Origin: a virus
Lineage: Duplodnaviria; Caudoviricetes
Length of the DNA: 64,000 nucleotides
Direction: 5' to 3' (one strand)
IMG/VR virus record: IMGVR_UViG_3300021426_000093
Span: 2,572-66,571 of that record
Shown: piece after piece, positions 43,995-54,944 of the stretch
How positions within the stretch are numbered: the stretch's first letter is position 1
Layout of the letters: each line of letters opens with the position of its first letter
Program-made: the position numbers and the translations under genes
Notes under the pieces: model-generated
Databases searched by the model: none
What the model was told of the DNA's origin: nothing
Seen by the model: the letters and a program-made list of their open reading frames with translations, nothing else

Positions 43995-46900
43995 TGGCTG
44001 TTGATGATATTTTCGTTCTTGGAGATTATACGTACAATATCCGCCTAGAAGCTACCTCGACGAATGCAGGTGAGGTCAGTGTAAAGGCAACAGATAAAAC
44101 CAAGACATCATATGGAGCAATCCCAGCAACGGTAACCTATGGTGGGCAGAATTACAATGTGGAGAGTGCGAGTGAATGTTTCTTGGATTGCAAGAATTTA
44201 GTTAGTGCACCTAATATGGATTTTTCTAAATTTAGCTTTGTAAGTAGAATGTTTAAAGGTTGTACGTCGCTTATCAATCCACCAAATATGAACGTCACCA
44301 CTGATTATTTATATGCACTTGAAATGTTTAGCGGTTGTACGTCGTTAGTTAACCCACCCGTTTTGCCACTTCCCGTGTCCGGGTCTTTTAATAATATGTA
44401 TAACTACAAGAAAATGTTCTATGGTTGCACGTCGCTAAAAACTGGGCCTGATATGCATAGATACGATGCTGAATGTAATGTGATTGTTGAACAGATGTTC
44501 TTTGGTTGCAGTGCGCTTAAAAGTGCAACGCTTCCCGCACTTATCAACCAAAGCGTTAATTACCAGAGAACTCAAAACTTGCACGGTGTATTTCTAGGTT
44601 GTAGTTCGTTATTGACCGCGCCAGCACTTCCATCTGATGCGGTTGGGAGCATGGAATCTTGTTTTGCTAATTGTGAACAAATGACTAATGCGCCGATAAT
44701 TCCAAGTGGAATAACCGATGTTACATATTGTTTTAAAAATTGTAAAAATATAGAGACGGCACCCGCGTTACCGAACGGCATCACATCGCTGGATAGTACT
44801 TTTATGAACTGTGAAAACATAACTGTTGCACCAGTAATTCCAAGCGGTGTTACTAATTTACACTGTAGTTTTTGAGGTACTAGTATAACGGAAATGCCAG
44901 TTCTTCCCTCTGGGGTAACAACCTTGGTTGGCGCATTCGGTAGGTGCCAGTATTTAACGAGAACAAAAACAATTCCTGCGAGCGTGTCGGATATGGAGGA
45001 GTGTTTTTATAGAACATCAATCTCATCAGTTCCGGCCATTCCTCAATCTGTTACGAATTTGAATTCTTGTTTTAGTTATTGCGAACACCTGACAAATGGG
45101 CCTGATTTAAGCGCGTTGACACAGCTCACTTCGCTTTTTAATGCGTTTTTAGGTTGCACATCGATGATTACTCCGCCAGTGTTGCCTGAATCCATGCAAG
45201 ATGATGATGATTTATTCGGAGGTATGATTCAGACGTTCTCTGGTTGCTCGGCGCTAAAGACAGCTCCCAGAATACCAAATGGAGTCAAAAGTCTAAGTAG
45301 TTGTTTTTCTGGATGCACGAATATGGAATCAGCGCCGCAAGAGATACCGTCAAGTGTCATTAATATGAACAGTTGTTTTCGCCAATGCTCGTCAATGGAG
45401 AATACTCCGAACATGAGAAATGCGTCATCTGTTGTCAGTATGAGAGGAACTTTTTATGGATGCAGTAAAATAAAATCTGCTCCGATAATTAACGCAAGCG
45501 TGACGGATATGAACTATTGCTTCTACAATTGCTCGTCATTGACTGGGATCATCGTTGTTAATTGCACGCCGACAGAGCGCGAGAGTGTGTTTAGTAGTAC
45601 GAGGGAGCCTATTTTCATTATCCTTGACGGGACAGCTGATGCCGAAACTTGGCGTGCGATAGCCGACGAGTACGAGAACGTATACTTCTTTGCCGACTCT
45701 AACTCCAAGCCCGCTTTATCATTTTCTGTTACCCGTGTTTCGGCAAATGGACAAACGACCGAAAATACCGAGGGTGTTTGGGTTTATATCATCGCGATTG
45801 CAACGGTTTATTCTGACCATCTGCCACCAGGATATAGTAATGAAGTCGGTGCAATTACGTTAACTGATAATAGTGCATCCACTTCACCTACGTGAGTTAG
45901 CGATTCAATCGTTGAAGGTGAACATAAAGTTACCGAGACGCGGCATACATGATTGCAGATTTCGACTATCAGACATGTTTTCGCAATGTCAGTGGTTGAT
46001 AGCTATGATGTTAGTTCACCAACTATCACGGTTAAGTTACCCAGCACAAATACGCTGTTAGACTTCTCGCCAGGCGGTAACGGCATGGCAGTTGGAAAGA
46101 TTGCAACTAGAGATGCGTTTGATTGTGCAATACCCGCATATTTTAATAATGTTAACATTGATGGCGATATTCAAATATCAGGTGATGTAAGAAATACGAG
46201 TGGTAATGCAAAGTACCTCCCATTATCGGGCGGTAGTATGACTGGGACACTCGTCCAGAACGGTGGTAACATAAACATCAAGGCAGCGACGCTCGACCGT
46301 GATGGTACTGACCCGCAATCAGACGAGACGATCTGGGAAGATAATCACGCGCTTAATCTCATGGACAAGGACGGCGATGTAGTCGGTAGGCTACGCATCG
46401 GACGCAGTACTGGCGGGGTAGATTACACACAGCTGCTTGTGTGGAACGAGGATAGCAGCGGCAATCCCGTATATAACACATTTGCCATCGCGGTCGCCAA
46501 GGGCGGTACGAAGTATTACAGCGTATCAGATGCACCTAAGTTCCGCAGCGACCTAGGCATAGTCTCAAAGTCCGGTGATACCTTAACAGGGACATTATCT
46601 AGTCAACCTGGAACTGGTGTCTCATATATTGCAGGTACTGCAGGTACACACGCTGGTCTATTCGTCAGAAAATCGGCGCTTAACCAGGATGTATGGATAC
46701 CCGCCGTTACCGTGCAGACTAAAGGCGGCGGCGGCTGGGCAATCGGCAACTACAATGACGAGACGCTAAAGTTTGTATACGGCTCTAAGGCGAACATCGA
46801 TGCGAACAAGAACCAGACGGAACAGCTCTACTTCACTAACGAAGGGGGTATCGTCACGCCTTATTACCTCATCGCCACTAACTCTGATTATAGCGCATCA

Positions 46901-48043
46901 ACCACCCCTGGCTCTAATATCTGGGCGACTATAGCAGCGGGACGCGATTCCGCGGGTCTTGACCGTGCGTATATTAGGCAGACGGCCATAAATGATGGGT
47001 ACCAGGGCGTGCAAGTGGAGACAAAGCGTGGCAGCGTGTATAATGGCGTGCGCATGGAAATAAATAGCAGCGGCGATAGGCGTGTGATTGTATCGGATAA
47101 GACAGCGTGGCTCAGCGGAATCGGCGCGCTTCCCCTGACGGGTGGCACGATAACAGGCACGACAAACTTCGGCACCGACAACTACGATCGCGACGCGGCG
47201 GCTAATACGTCCGGCCAGTCTGGTATAAACGTTCAATGGACGGATAAGAACAACGAGCGCACTGGCGTCATTCGCGTCGACCGCGACACGGGCGGCATCA
47301 TGCGCATGAAGATAGGCGCATTCACTGAGAATGCCTCCAATCAAGAAGTTTACAACTGATTGCAGTTCGGAGTAGACCGTGCCGGAACGAGGTACTATTC
47401 TGTTTCGGACAAGGACAAGTTCCGTTCTGATATGGAAATTATGGGTGCGGTGACTAAGAACGGCTACGGCGGCCTGATGCATCCGGGTGGCAGTGACACG
47501 GCTTACATGCGTACGACCCAGAACGGCCTCATCCCGTATCAGTCAGGCGGTGCATCAGCTGTAGGTACGAGTACCTGGCCATTCAACAGTGGCTACTTTA
47601 ACACCCTATATGAAAATGGTACGGCGCTAAGTACAAAGTACGCGGCGAAGAGCCACGGCAACCATGTTCCCGCAACTCAAACTGCGTCGAATAAAGTGTT
47701 CCTCAGAAACGACAACACTTGGCAGACGATCACGCCAGCGAACATTGGTGCCGCGCCTTCAGGTCATACCCATTCTGCAGGAAGAACAACTTTTTCAGCT
47801 ACCTCTGATGCGACTTCAATAAATGAAGCTTTAACAACACCTGTATCAATAACAGTAAATTATACTGGTAAAGTTCCTAGTGGGAAAGTAATGACTGGAC
47901 TCTATGGAGCTCAGACAAATAGTGGTGCAAATTTTTGAATTATGAGTTTTGACCATAATTCGGCTCGTGTATTAAATGCTGGTGCAACATCAACGAAATG
48001 TACTGTTACTTTAAAATTTGTAGCAATAGAAAGTACATTTTAA
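43994..48043 (+). CDS. BspA/DUF285-type leucine-rich-repeat tail fibre, 1349 aa in code 4
   Basis: About 22-aa repeats of the type P.LP.GVT.L...F.GC..L at 44.2-45.6 kb, then fibre segments (KYLPLSGGSMTG, ALPLTGGTITG). Five in-frame TGA; ends in TAA. Confidence 0.82.
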
Positions 48044-48064
48044 GTAAAGAAAGGATAAAATAAA

Positions 48065-48439
48065 ATGGAACAAATGGAATACATTTTAATAGATGAAAAT
48101 AATCGAGTTGCAAGTATAGTACACGTACCAGTAGGAGATAATCATTATATGGACTTTAATTCAGATGAATATGAACTTATAGTAACAGACTCATCTGGAA
48201 TAGATATTAATACTAATTGAGTTGACTGAATATATAATAAAGAATCTAATACTTTTGAATATGATCCAATAATAGAAAAGTATGAATATACAGATTTGTC
48301 AACTGGGAAAAAAGTATCTATAACAGAAGATGAATTTAATAATTTAGTAGATGAAAAAGTTCGTAATAATGTTATGGCAATTTTACAAGAATTAGCGGAT
48401 AAAGATGCTGCATCAATTCAAAAAATTTTAAATATTTAA
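48065..48439 (+). CDS. probable tail fibre assembly/accessory protein (124 aa, 2 TGA)
   Basis: SD AAAGGA; follows the fibre gene; N[W]VD[W]IYN. Confidence 0.6.
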
Positions 48440-48519
48440 TTTTATTTTAAATAAATAAAATAAAAAGAAAGTATTTAAATTTTTTATAATTGTATAAATT
48501 TTAAAAGGAAGGATTAAAA

Positions 48520-48900
48520 ATGGCAGTAAGTATAATTGATCAATTTATTGATGGTTTATCTGAGGATTGGATGCGTTCGGTTTTTGTTGATCGACTAGAA
48601 AATGCTAGACTTCTAGTTGATGACGAAACTTTTGGAGACAAAGAGGGAGCAAACAATGCCGTAGCAAGTTTCTTACAATTATCCACAGAACAACGTCTTG
48701 CAGAAATTGAACGTTTACGTGTCCGTAATATTGCAACACAGTGAGCAAAAACAGCTACTAAAGATGCAATTAATTCTTTAGTAACCGTTCTTCGTACTAT
48801 CCGTGATGCTGTTCCAGAAGAAGGAACCACAGGCGAAACTGGAGAAACTGGTGAAGAAGGTAATACTGACGAAACTGGTGAAAGCGGCGAAAATCTTTAA
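48520..48900 (+). CDS. hypothetical protein (126 aa, 1 TGA)
   Basis: SD AAGGAAGGA. Reads through the TGA at 48742 to a TAA just before a terminator. Confidence 0.7.
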
Positions 48901-48906
48901 TTTTTA

Positions 48907-48935
48907 AAGAGCACCTATACAGGTGCTCTTTTTTT
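48907..48935 (+). terminator. intrinsic terminator
   Basis: AAGAGCACCT...AGGTGCTCTT followed by a T run. Confidence 0.85.
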
Positions 48936-49041
48936 ATGCATTCGTGAAAAATTTTTTAGACAAAAAATATCAAAGGATAATAAATAATACCAGTTAAAAA
49001 TTAAATATAATAGAGGGTAAGAAAAAGAAAAAAAATAAGGA

Positions 49042-49350
49042 GTGGCTGATATGAAAATTATGCGAAAGCTCTATGATCAATGTATGGAAGAGCTAGATGG
49101 TGTAATAGAATATTCTAATTGTGCTACTTCATGCCGAGATAATCCAGATTTATCTAAAATGTATATCAATATGGCTAAGCAAGAATTAGAACATGCACAA
49201 ACATTACATAATATGTCTAAAAGATTAGCCGAAAGTAAGATAGGTGAAAGTGTTGATCCTATGCTTATGGAACTCTGAGAAGAGATGGAACAGGCTAAAA
49301 TAAATAAAATGGCTTTAGCAAGAGCCTATGTTACTAATGCAGAAGGATAA
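49042..49350 (+). CDS. ferritin-like small protein (1 TGA)
   Basis: Helical, with E..D and ELEH metal-ligand-like motifs; readthrough MEL[W]EEME...AEG-TAA. Confidence 0.6.
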
Positions 49351-49360
49351 GGTGGTTCCA

Positions 49361-49777
49361 ATGCCTGCTGGACAGTATAATAATTGAATGCCAAATAATT
49401 GGTCTGGAACATGACAGTGGAATCAACCTTATCAGCCGCAAATGTCTTATAATAATAATAACAATAATAATATGCAGCAACCTGTTAGTAATATTCTACG
49501 TGTGACAGGCCCAGAAAGTGCTAAAGCTTATCCAGTATCTCCAAATTCTAATGTAATATTATTTGATGGAGAAAGTCCTGTTTTCTATTGAAAATCTACT
49601 GATGATAGTGGATTTGCTAGTATAAGAACTTTTACTTTTGAAGAACAAAAACAAGAAAAAGTTCAACCAACGGTTGAACAAATTGATACTTCAAAATTTA
49701 TTACTAAAAATGATCTAGAAGCATTAGAAAAAGATGTTTCTGAACTTAAAGAAATGTTAGAAGGATTGGTGAATTAA
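49361..49777 (+). CDS. Asn/Gln-rich hypothetical protein (138 aa, 3 TGA)
   Basis: Not in the track. MPAGQYNN[W]MPNNWSGT[W]QWNQP...GPESAKAYPVSPNSNVILFDGESPVFY[W]KSTD. Confidence 0.75.
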
Positions 49778-49778
49778 T

Positions 49779-50003
49779 ATGACTAATCCATTATTTGATA
49801 AACAACCTCAACCTGGGAATCAAGGAATTTTTGGTCTTATGAAACAATTAAAAGGCGGTGGAGCACAACAGATGTTTGATCAAATGTATCAAACAAATCC
49901 GCAATTCAGAGATTTTGCTAATTCTATGAAAGGCAAAACCCCAGAACAAGCCTTCCAGGAGAGAGGGTTTGATTTTAATTCCTTTAGAAGTATGATAAAT
50001 TAG
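49779..50003 (+). CDS. hypothetical protein (74 aa)
   Basis: Coupled to the previous gene; QMYQTNPQFRDFANSMKGKTPEQ. Confidence 0.75.
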   Translation: MTNPLFDKQPQPGNQGIFGLMKQLKGGGAQQMFDQMYQTNPQFRDFANSMKGKTPEQAFQERGFDFNSFRSMIN

Positions 50004-50067
50004 GTAACTACTAACGACAGTTAGTGGAAGATATATACAAATTATCAAACGAAAGGATGATAACATT

Positions 50068-50742
50068 ATGGCTGATATGACTTTAAGTGATATTGCTGCT
50101 CTAAATCATGATAATGACGGTTGGGGAGGCGGTTGCTGGTGAGTAATTGTTCTCTTCGCTCTAATTTTTGGTTGGGGCAATAATGGATTTGGCAACAATG
50201 GTTTTGCTAATGCCATTGGTTATGAAAATCTTGCAACCTCTAATGAAGTACAGCGTGGTTTTGATAACCAAAATAGTATGGCAAATCAGCGTGAAATCCT
50301 CGCTGCGGTTAATGCTGGTACCGCACAATCTGTTGCAACTACAAATCAAACATTCCATGATATGCTAAATGCTCTTAGTGATAAATATATGGAATTACAG
50401 CGTGATATTGCTGGTATTGCAGTTGGCCAAGCTAATGCTCTTGCTAATCAGAATCAGTGTTGCTGCGAAACTAAGATGCTAATTCAAGAAAATGCAGCGC
50501 AGCAACGTTATGAATCTGCTATGCAAAACAATGCAGTTATTCAAGCAATTCAGGCTGAAGGTGCTGCTACTCGTGAAATGTATCAGCAAGACAAGATTGA
50601 AGCACTACAGAATCGTGTTAATCAGTTACAGCTAGATCAAGCTATGCAAGGTGTTGTACGTTATCCTAACGTATTTGCATATAATGCTGGCGCCAATCCA
50701 TTCTGCGGTTGTGGCAATGGTGGTTGCTGCGGCAACATTTAA
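50068..50742 (+). CDS. Gly/Cys-rich hypothetical protein (224 aa, 1 TGA)
   Basis: SD GAAAGGA. GWGGGCW[W]VIVLFALIFGWG...EVQRGFD...CCCETK...CGCGNGGCC. Confidence 0.8.
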
Positions 50743-50820
50743 TCAAAAAATAGCTAGGGGTAATGTATAACATTACCCCTTATTATTATGTCATTCTCGA
50801 CAAGGAAGGAAATTACAAAA

Positions 50821-51231
50821 ATGACTTGTAAATCCGCAATTTATACTACAAATGATACTGGTACTAGTGTTACAGTTACTAATGATATTCCTGTTCAAGT
50901 ACCTTATGGTGCAATAATTCGTCGCTTTGGTCAAAGCGTTCAATCACAAGGCGGCTCAATCCAGTGTTGTGGTGCTGGATATTTTGATGTAGATCAAATT
51001 TTAACTGTCACACCAACTGCGGCAGGTCCGATTACAGCTAGACTTTATCAAGATGGTCAAGCTGTCCGTGGAGCTTTTATGACTCTTACAGGAGAAGCTG
51101 ATACTCCAATAGCTCTTCCAATTAAAGCTCTTGTCCGCAACTGTGGATGTGATTGTAATAGTGTTTTAACAACAACAATTGATGGTAGTTGTGTTATTAA
51201 TAATTTCCCAGCAGTTGTAAAGAAACTTTAA
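50821..51231 (+). CDS. Cys-rich beta protein, possibly BclA C-terminal/C1q-like fold
   Basis: SD AAGGAAGGA precedes MTCKSAIYT; beta-rich pattern. The fold is an inference. Confidence 0.6.
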   Translation: MTCKSAIYTTNDTGTSVTVTNDIPVQVPYGAIIRRFGQSVQSQGGSIQCCGAGYFDVDQILTVTPTAAGPITARLYQDGQAVRGAFMTLTGEADTPIALPIKALVRNCGCDCNSVLTTTIDGSCVINNFPAVVKKL

Positions 51232-51239
51232 AACAACAA

Positions 51240-51289
51240 GGCGATTGTTAGAATTTTTCTTGACAATCGCCTATATTTCATTTTATAAT
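51240..51289 (+). promoter_or_regulatory. promoter with its -35 inside a hairpin arm
   Basis: AGGCGATTGT...TTGACAATCGCCT, then TATAAT; no ORF follows. Confidence 0.7.
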
Positions 51290-51330
51290 ATTTATAGAAA
51301 ATAAAGATACTTTATTTTTATTACTCATCT

Positions 51331-51752
51331 TCCAAGAGAAGAAAGAGTTGCGAGAACGTGCGGCAATGCGTTCTCAGAAATGGTCGCTTCGTGCGGCAAC
51401 ACCGTGATAAGGAGAAAGCCCACGGTGGGACGAAAGTCTTGGACTCCGGACATATACTATAGTTGGTGGTAAGAAACCCAACACGAGGGTTGGAATCCCT
51501 CCCCGATGAACATCATCATGCGTGACTGAGCTGCTTTAAGGTTGATGTATATGCCTATGGTCCTCCCGCACAACAAATAAACAAAATGTGAACATATGGG
51601 AAGTAGCCCCGAACCAGAATAAACTGGGAAGAATTAAATTATTCAAGCTGCTAAAGATGTAGCCGAGTCCTGCTATGAGGGCTAAGTTAGTAGAAATATC
51701 ATATGCCGTGTTTTGATAAGTACACGATATAACACTTATCACTTCTCTTGGA
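51331..51752 (+). ncRNA. candidate large structured RNA, family unassigned
   Basis: GC-elevated, ORF-free, downstream of a promoter. 11-bp closing helix TCCAAGAGAAG/CTTCTCTTGGA and many internal hairpins. Confidence 0.65.
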
Positions 51753-51798
51753 GCGAAATAGATATACTATTCGTTGTAAAAGAAGTTAGGAGTTAAAA

Positions 51799-52317
51799 AT
51801 GACGAAAGAACAAAAAAAGAGAGAGCATAAATTAACAGCTCAGTGTTTAGGAATAGTTCTTATTGTATTCGCTTTTGGATTATTTGCAGGTTATGCTGCA
51901 AACCATCAAGATATTATCGCTAATTTATTTGCAAGTAAGGCTGATAGTATTCATATTATTCATAATTCAAGTGAAGCAATAGAACATGGTGCTAGGATGA
52001 GTTTTTATACTCTAGGAACAACTGAAAATACAGATTATATAATTGAATTTAATGAAGAGCCAAAACAAGAAATCAATCGTTTTTATACTGTTGAAGGAGA
52101 GTTTACTAATAATACTGATAAGCATTTTACTACGGTAGAATTAAATTTTTCTTTATTAGATAAAAATGGTAATAAAGTTGGTGACATTCATGGATATTGT
52201 GATGGATTAAATCCTGGCCAAACTTGGAAGTTTGTTGCTAGTAATTCTAAAGTATTTGAAACTAATATTCATGCTACTTCGGCAATACTTGATGATGTAA
52301 TTTATACAATATTATAG
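51799..52317 (+). CDS. membrane-anchored FxLYD-domain-like protein
   Basis: N-terminal TM helix; VEGEFTN...VELNFSLLDKNGNKVG...GLNPGQTWKF. Confidence 0.75.
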   Translation: MTKEQKKREHKLTAQCLGIVLIVFAFGLFAGYAANHQDIIANLFASKADSIHIIHNSSEAIEHGARMSFYTLGTTENTDYIIEFNEEPKQEINRFYTVEGEFTNNTDKHFTTVELNFSLLDKNGNKVGDIHGYCDGLNPGQTWKFVASNSKVFETNIHATSAILDDVIYTIL

Positions 52318-52347
52318 GGTTTATACCATATAAGCCCTATTTTTTTT
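52314..52347 (+). terminator. intrinsic terminator
   Basis: ATAGGGTTTATA...TATAAGCCCTAT followed by a T run. Confidence 0.75.
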
Positions 52348-52418
52348 ATGCCTTAAAAAAGTTATAGACAGTCGCAATTAATCTATGATATAATATATTT
52401 ATAAAGAGAAAGGAAGTT

Positions 52419-52853
52419 ATGAATAAACGTGATTATAGATTCTTTGAACTGGCTCGTCAACAAGCTTTGCAAAGTCAATTTGATAGATTCCATCTTGGGT
52501 GTGTTATTACTTATAAAGGTCGAGTAATTGGACGCGGTTCTAATTCAGATAAGACAGATCCCTTGCAAAAACGATATAATAAAGAACGTAAATTTAATAG
52601 AAATGGAAATCAACCTATAAAACACAGCGTTCATGCAGAAATTGCTGCGCTTAAATCAATCCCTTATCCAATCCAAGAATCAATAGATTGGAGTAAAGTA
52701 AAAGTTTATATTTATAGAACTGCTATTGGGAAAAAATTGCATATGGGACTTGCTCGTCCATGTGCAGGATGTATGAAGGCTTTGCGAGATAGGGGTATCC
52801 AAAGAATATATTATACTACTAGTGATGGGTTCGCCGAAGAAAGGATTTTTTAA
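52419..52853 (+). CDS. cytidine/deoxycytidylate deaminase-family protein
   Basis: Zinc motifs HAE and PCAGC; preceded by its own promoter. Confidence 0.85.
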   Translation: MNKRDYRFFELARQQALQSQFDRFHLGCVITYKGRVIGRGSNSDKTDPLQKRYNKERKFNRNGNQPIKHSVHAEIAALKSIPYPIQESIDWSKVKVYIYRTAIGKKLHMGLARPCAGCMKALRDRGIQRIYYTTSDGFAEERIF

Positions 52854-52909
52854 GCAATAATTAAATTTTAATAGACAAAAACATTATTATGTTTTATAAT
52901 AATTTTATA

Positions 52910-53240
52910 AAGAAAGACCTAAACCGTATTGCTTATTTTAAGCTAAGAAGCCAAAAGGTGATGGTTTTGCCCTGGTCAGGCTGCAAATATAGGTAATGCC
53001 ACTTATATTCTAAGATAATTACTATTAGGAGAGCGCAGTACGGAACTTAGTCGAAGAGTGATCGGCACATGGCATTGTGTGGAAAAACGAGGGCGCTTTA
53101 CCGCATGCTTCGGACTAAGGAAGTTAGAATGAGAGAGGTTCTTCAGAATCAAAACCTTATTACTCCGCAGAGTAGACCAGCAGCTTATTGGTCGTTAATA
53201 ATAAAAGCCCTCTTCACTACTGCGGCTCTGGTGATGTTAA
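52910..53240 (+). ncRNA. candidate structured RNA, family unassigned
   Basis: Promoter TAGACA(52872)-17-TATAAT(52895). GC-elevated, with long-range pairings CCGTATTGC/GCAGTACGG, CTTAGTC/GACTAAG and CCGCAG/CTGCGG. Confidence 0.6.
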
Positions 53241-53322
53241 GTGCGATTGTCCTAAGGTTTTACTGGACAGTCGCACTATTTTTATGATATAATATATCTA
53301 CAAAGGAGAGAAAGGATATATT

Positions 53323-53583
53323 ATGTTGAAGTCTATTCTTGTTGAAGGATGGGAATGCTGGGATGGTTCTGAGGGGAACCACCAATATAAGCATATTCTT
53401 GTGGCATCTCATGAAGAAGCACACGCCGCAGGTCTTGAATTTGCTTTTACTCTTCTTGACCCTTATATGAATGAAATTAAGCATTACGCCGAGTACATGG
53501 CCGCAAATGGTTATGATTATGATGAAGTTATTCATAATACTATGCTTGAATGTGCTCATTATGAATTGTGGGAGAAATGCTAA
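53323..53583 (+). CDS. hypothetical protein
   Basis: Promoter and SD upstream. Confidence 0.75.
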   Translation: MLKSILVEGWECWDGSEGNHQYKHILVASHEEAHAAGLEFAFTLLDPYMNEIKHYAEYMAANGYDYDEVIHNTMLECAHYELWEKC

Positions 53584-54014
53584 TGAGACAGCGTAATATA
53601 TACCTTGAAAAAATTAATCCTGATATTCACAGTTATGGTATTAATTGGAAACATATGGGTTTTCATCCTATACGGTGGGTGCAGGATTTTATACAACGCC
53701 GCGAATGCGGATATGATTATAGAGTAACTTATAATCTTGACTCTTGGATGATTGAACAACTTTATAGTTGGCTTAATATGTATCTTGAAGCTAGTTATAA
53801 TACTATTGATCTTGAGTATCATAAATTTAATATTGATGGTATGGAATTAACAGAATTAGAAGTTATTGTTTATATTATAGATAGTTTTGAACAGTGGCTT
53901 GTTTGTATCGATGATATTGATAAATATGCAACTGATGAAGAAATTGCGGCTCAAGAGCAAGTGAAGAAAGCGTTTGCGGCTTTAGGGCAAATAATTTTTT
54001 GTCTTTGGTGGTAA
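53583..54014 (+). CDS. hypothetical phage protein
   Basis: TAATG coupling; Trp-rich, all TGG. Confidence 0.75.
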   Translation: MRQRNIYLEKINPDIHSYGINWKHMGFHPIRWVQDFIQRRECGYDYRVTYNLDSWMIEQLYSWLNMYLEASYNTIDLEYHKFNIDGMELTELEVIVYIIDSFEQWLVCIDDIDKYATDEEIAAQEQVKKAFAALGQIIFCLWW

Positions 54015-54064
54015 AAATTTATCAAAGAATAATAAATTTTTTAAGAAGAAAGGAGTATTTAATT

Positions 54065-54812
54065 ATGGAGATAATTAATGATATTACAAATAATTGGTTT
54101 GTATCAGATCTCCATCTTTGAATAACTTAATCACTACCACATCAATAAACAAGGTGAACCAAGAGGTGTCACTTTATTTGAACGTACTCAATTTGGTAAT
54201 GATATTGCCGCACACGATAAGTATATTATACAACAAATACGACAATGGGCAGAGCGTCATCAAGGACATACATTGTGGTGCCTAGGAGATTTTGGGAACA
54301 TTTCATATTTATGGTTAATTAAAGAGCTAAGATATAGTTATAATATTAAAACTTGTTTTGTGTATGGTAATCATGACAAAGTCTCAGATTTACCTTTGTT
54401 TCAAGAAGCATTTGATAAAGTTTATACAATGCCTGTTTATATTCATCCTAGAATTATAGTTTCTCATGAACCTGTTTGGCCTTGTCCTAGTGGAACTTTA
54501 AATGTTCACGGTCATCTTCATTGTGAACGTCTTGATAGTAAGCAACATTTTAATGTAAATATTCATATGCTTAATTATCAACTTGCTTCTTCCAAGAGAG
54601 TAATGAATTTACTTGGTAAACTTGAAAAGCCAAGTTTTAAATTTCTTGAAGAGCCTTATGTGCGGCACATGCTTATTACTCAAAAGAAGGAAGATGCAGT
54701 ATATGATCGCAAAACTGGTAAGATAGATTATGAAGCAAGTGTGCGGCTTTATAATAAAAATCATCCAGACCATCCTAAACAACCAATTCCTAAATATACT
54801 CTCTCTTGGTAA
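54065..54812 (+). CDS. metallophosphoesterase interrupted by a 10-nt insertion (bypass candidate or pseudogene)
   Basis: The 5' part MEIINDITNNWFVSDLHL is in one frame; NHYHIN...LGDFG...GNHD...SHEP...HGHLH is in the +1 frame. Removing 10 nt restores the DLHLNH motif. Confidence 0.75.
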
Positions 54813-54944
54813 TATTACTTATTCGTAATAAAATTTATAATATTACATATATGTAAAATAATATTCTATGCGGCTGTGGTAAGATTTTTCTTGCCGGCCG
54901 CATTTTATTTATGTTATAATATATTTATAAGAGAAAGGAGAAGT

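Noticed and set aside
46898-47482. 194-aa minus-strand ORF and other antisense track ORFs
   Set aside because: Shadow frames of GC-rich or repetitive sense genes, with no SD or recognisable motifs.
43994-48043. Diversity-generating retroelement target
   Set aside because: No reverse transcriptase and no template/variable repeat pair differing at adenines was seen in the window.
51429-51447. RNase P RNA (GACGAAAGTCTTGGACTCC resembles GAGGAAAGUCCGGGCUCC)
   Set aside because: The complementary 3' conserved segment (ACAGAA..CGGCUUA) needed for helix P4 was not found.
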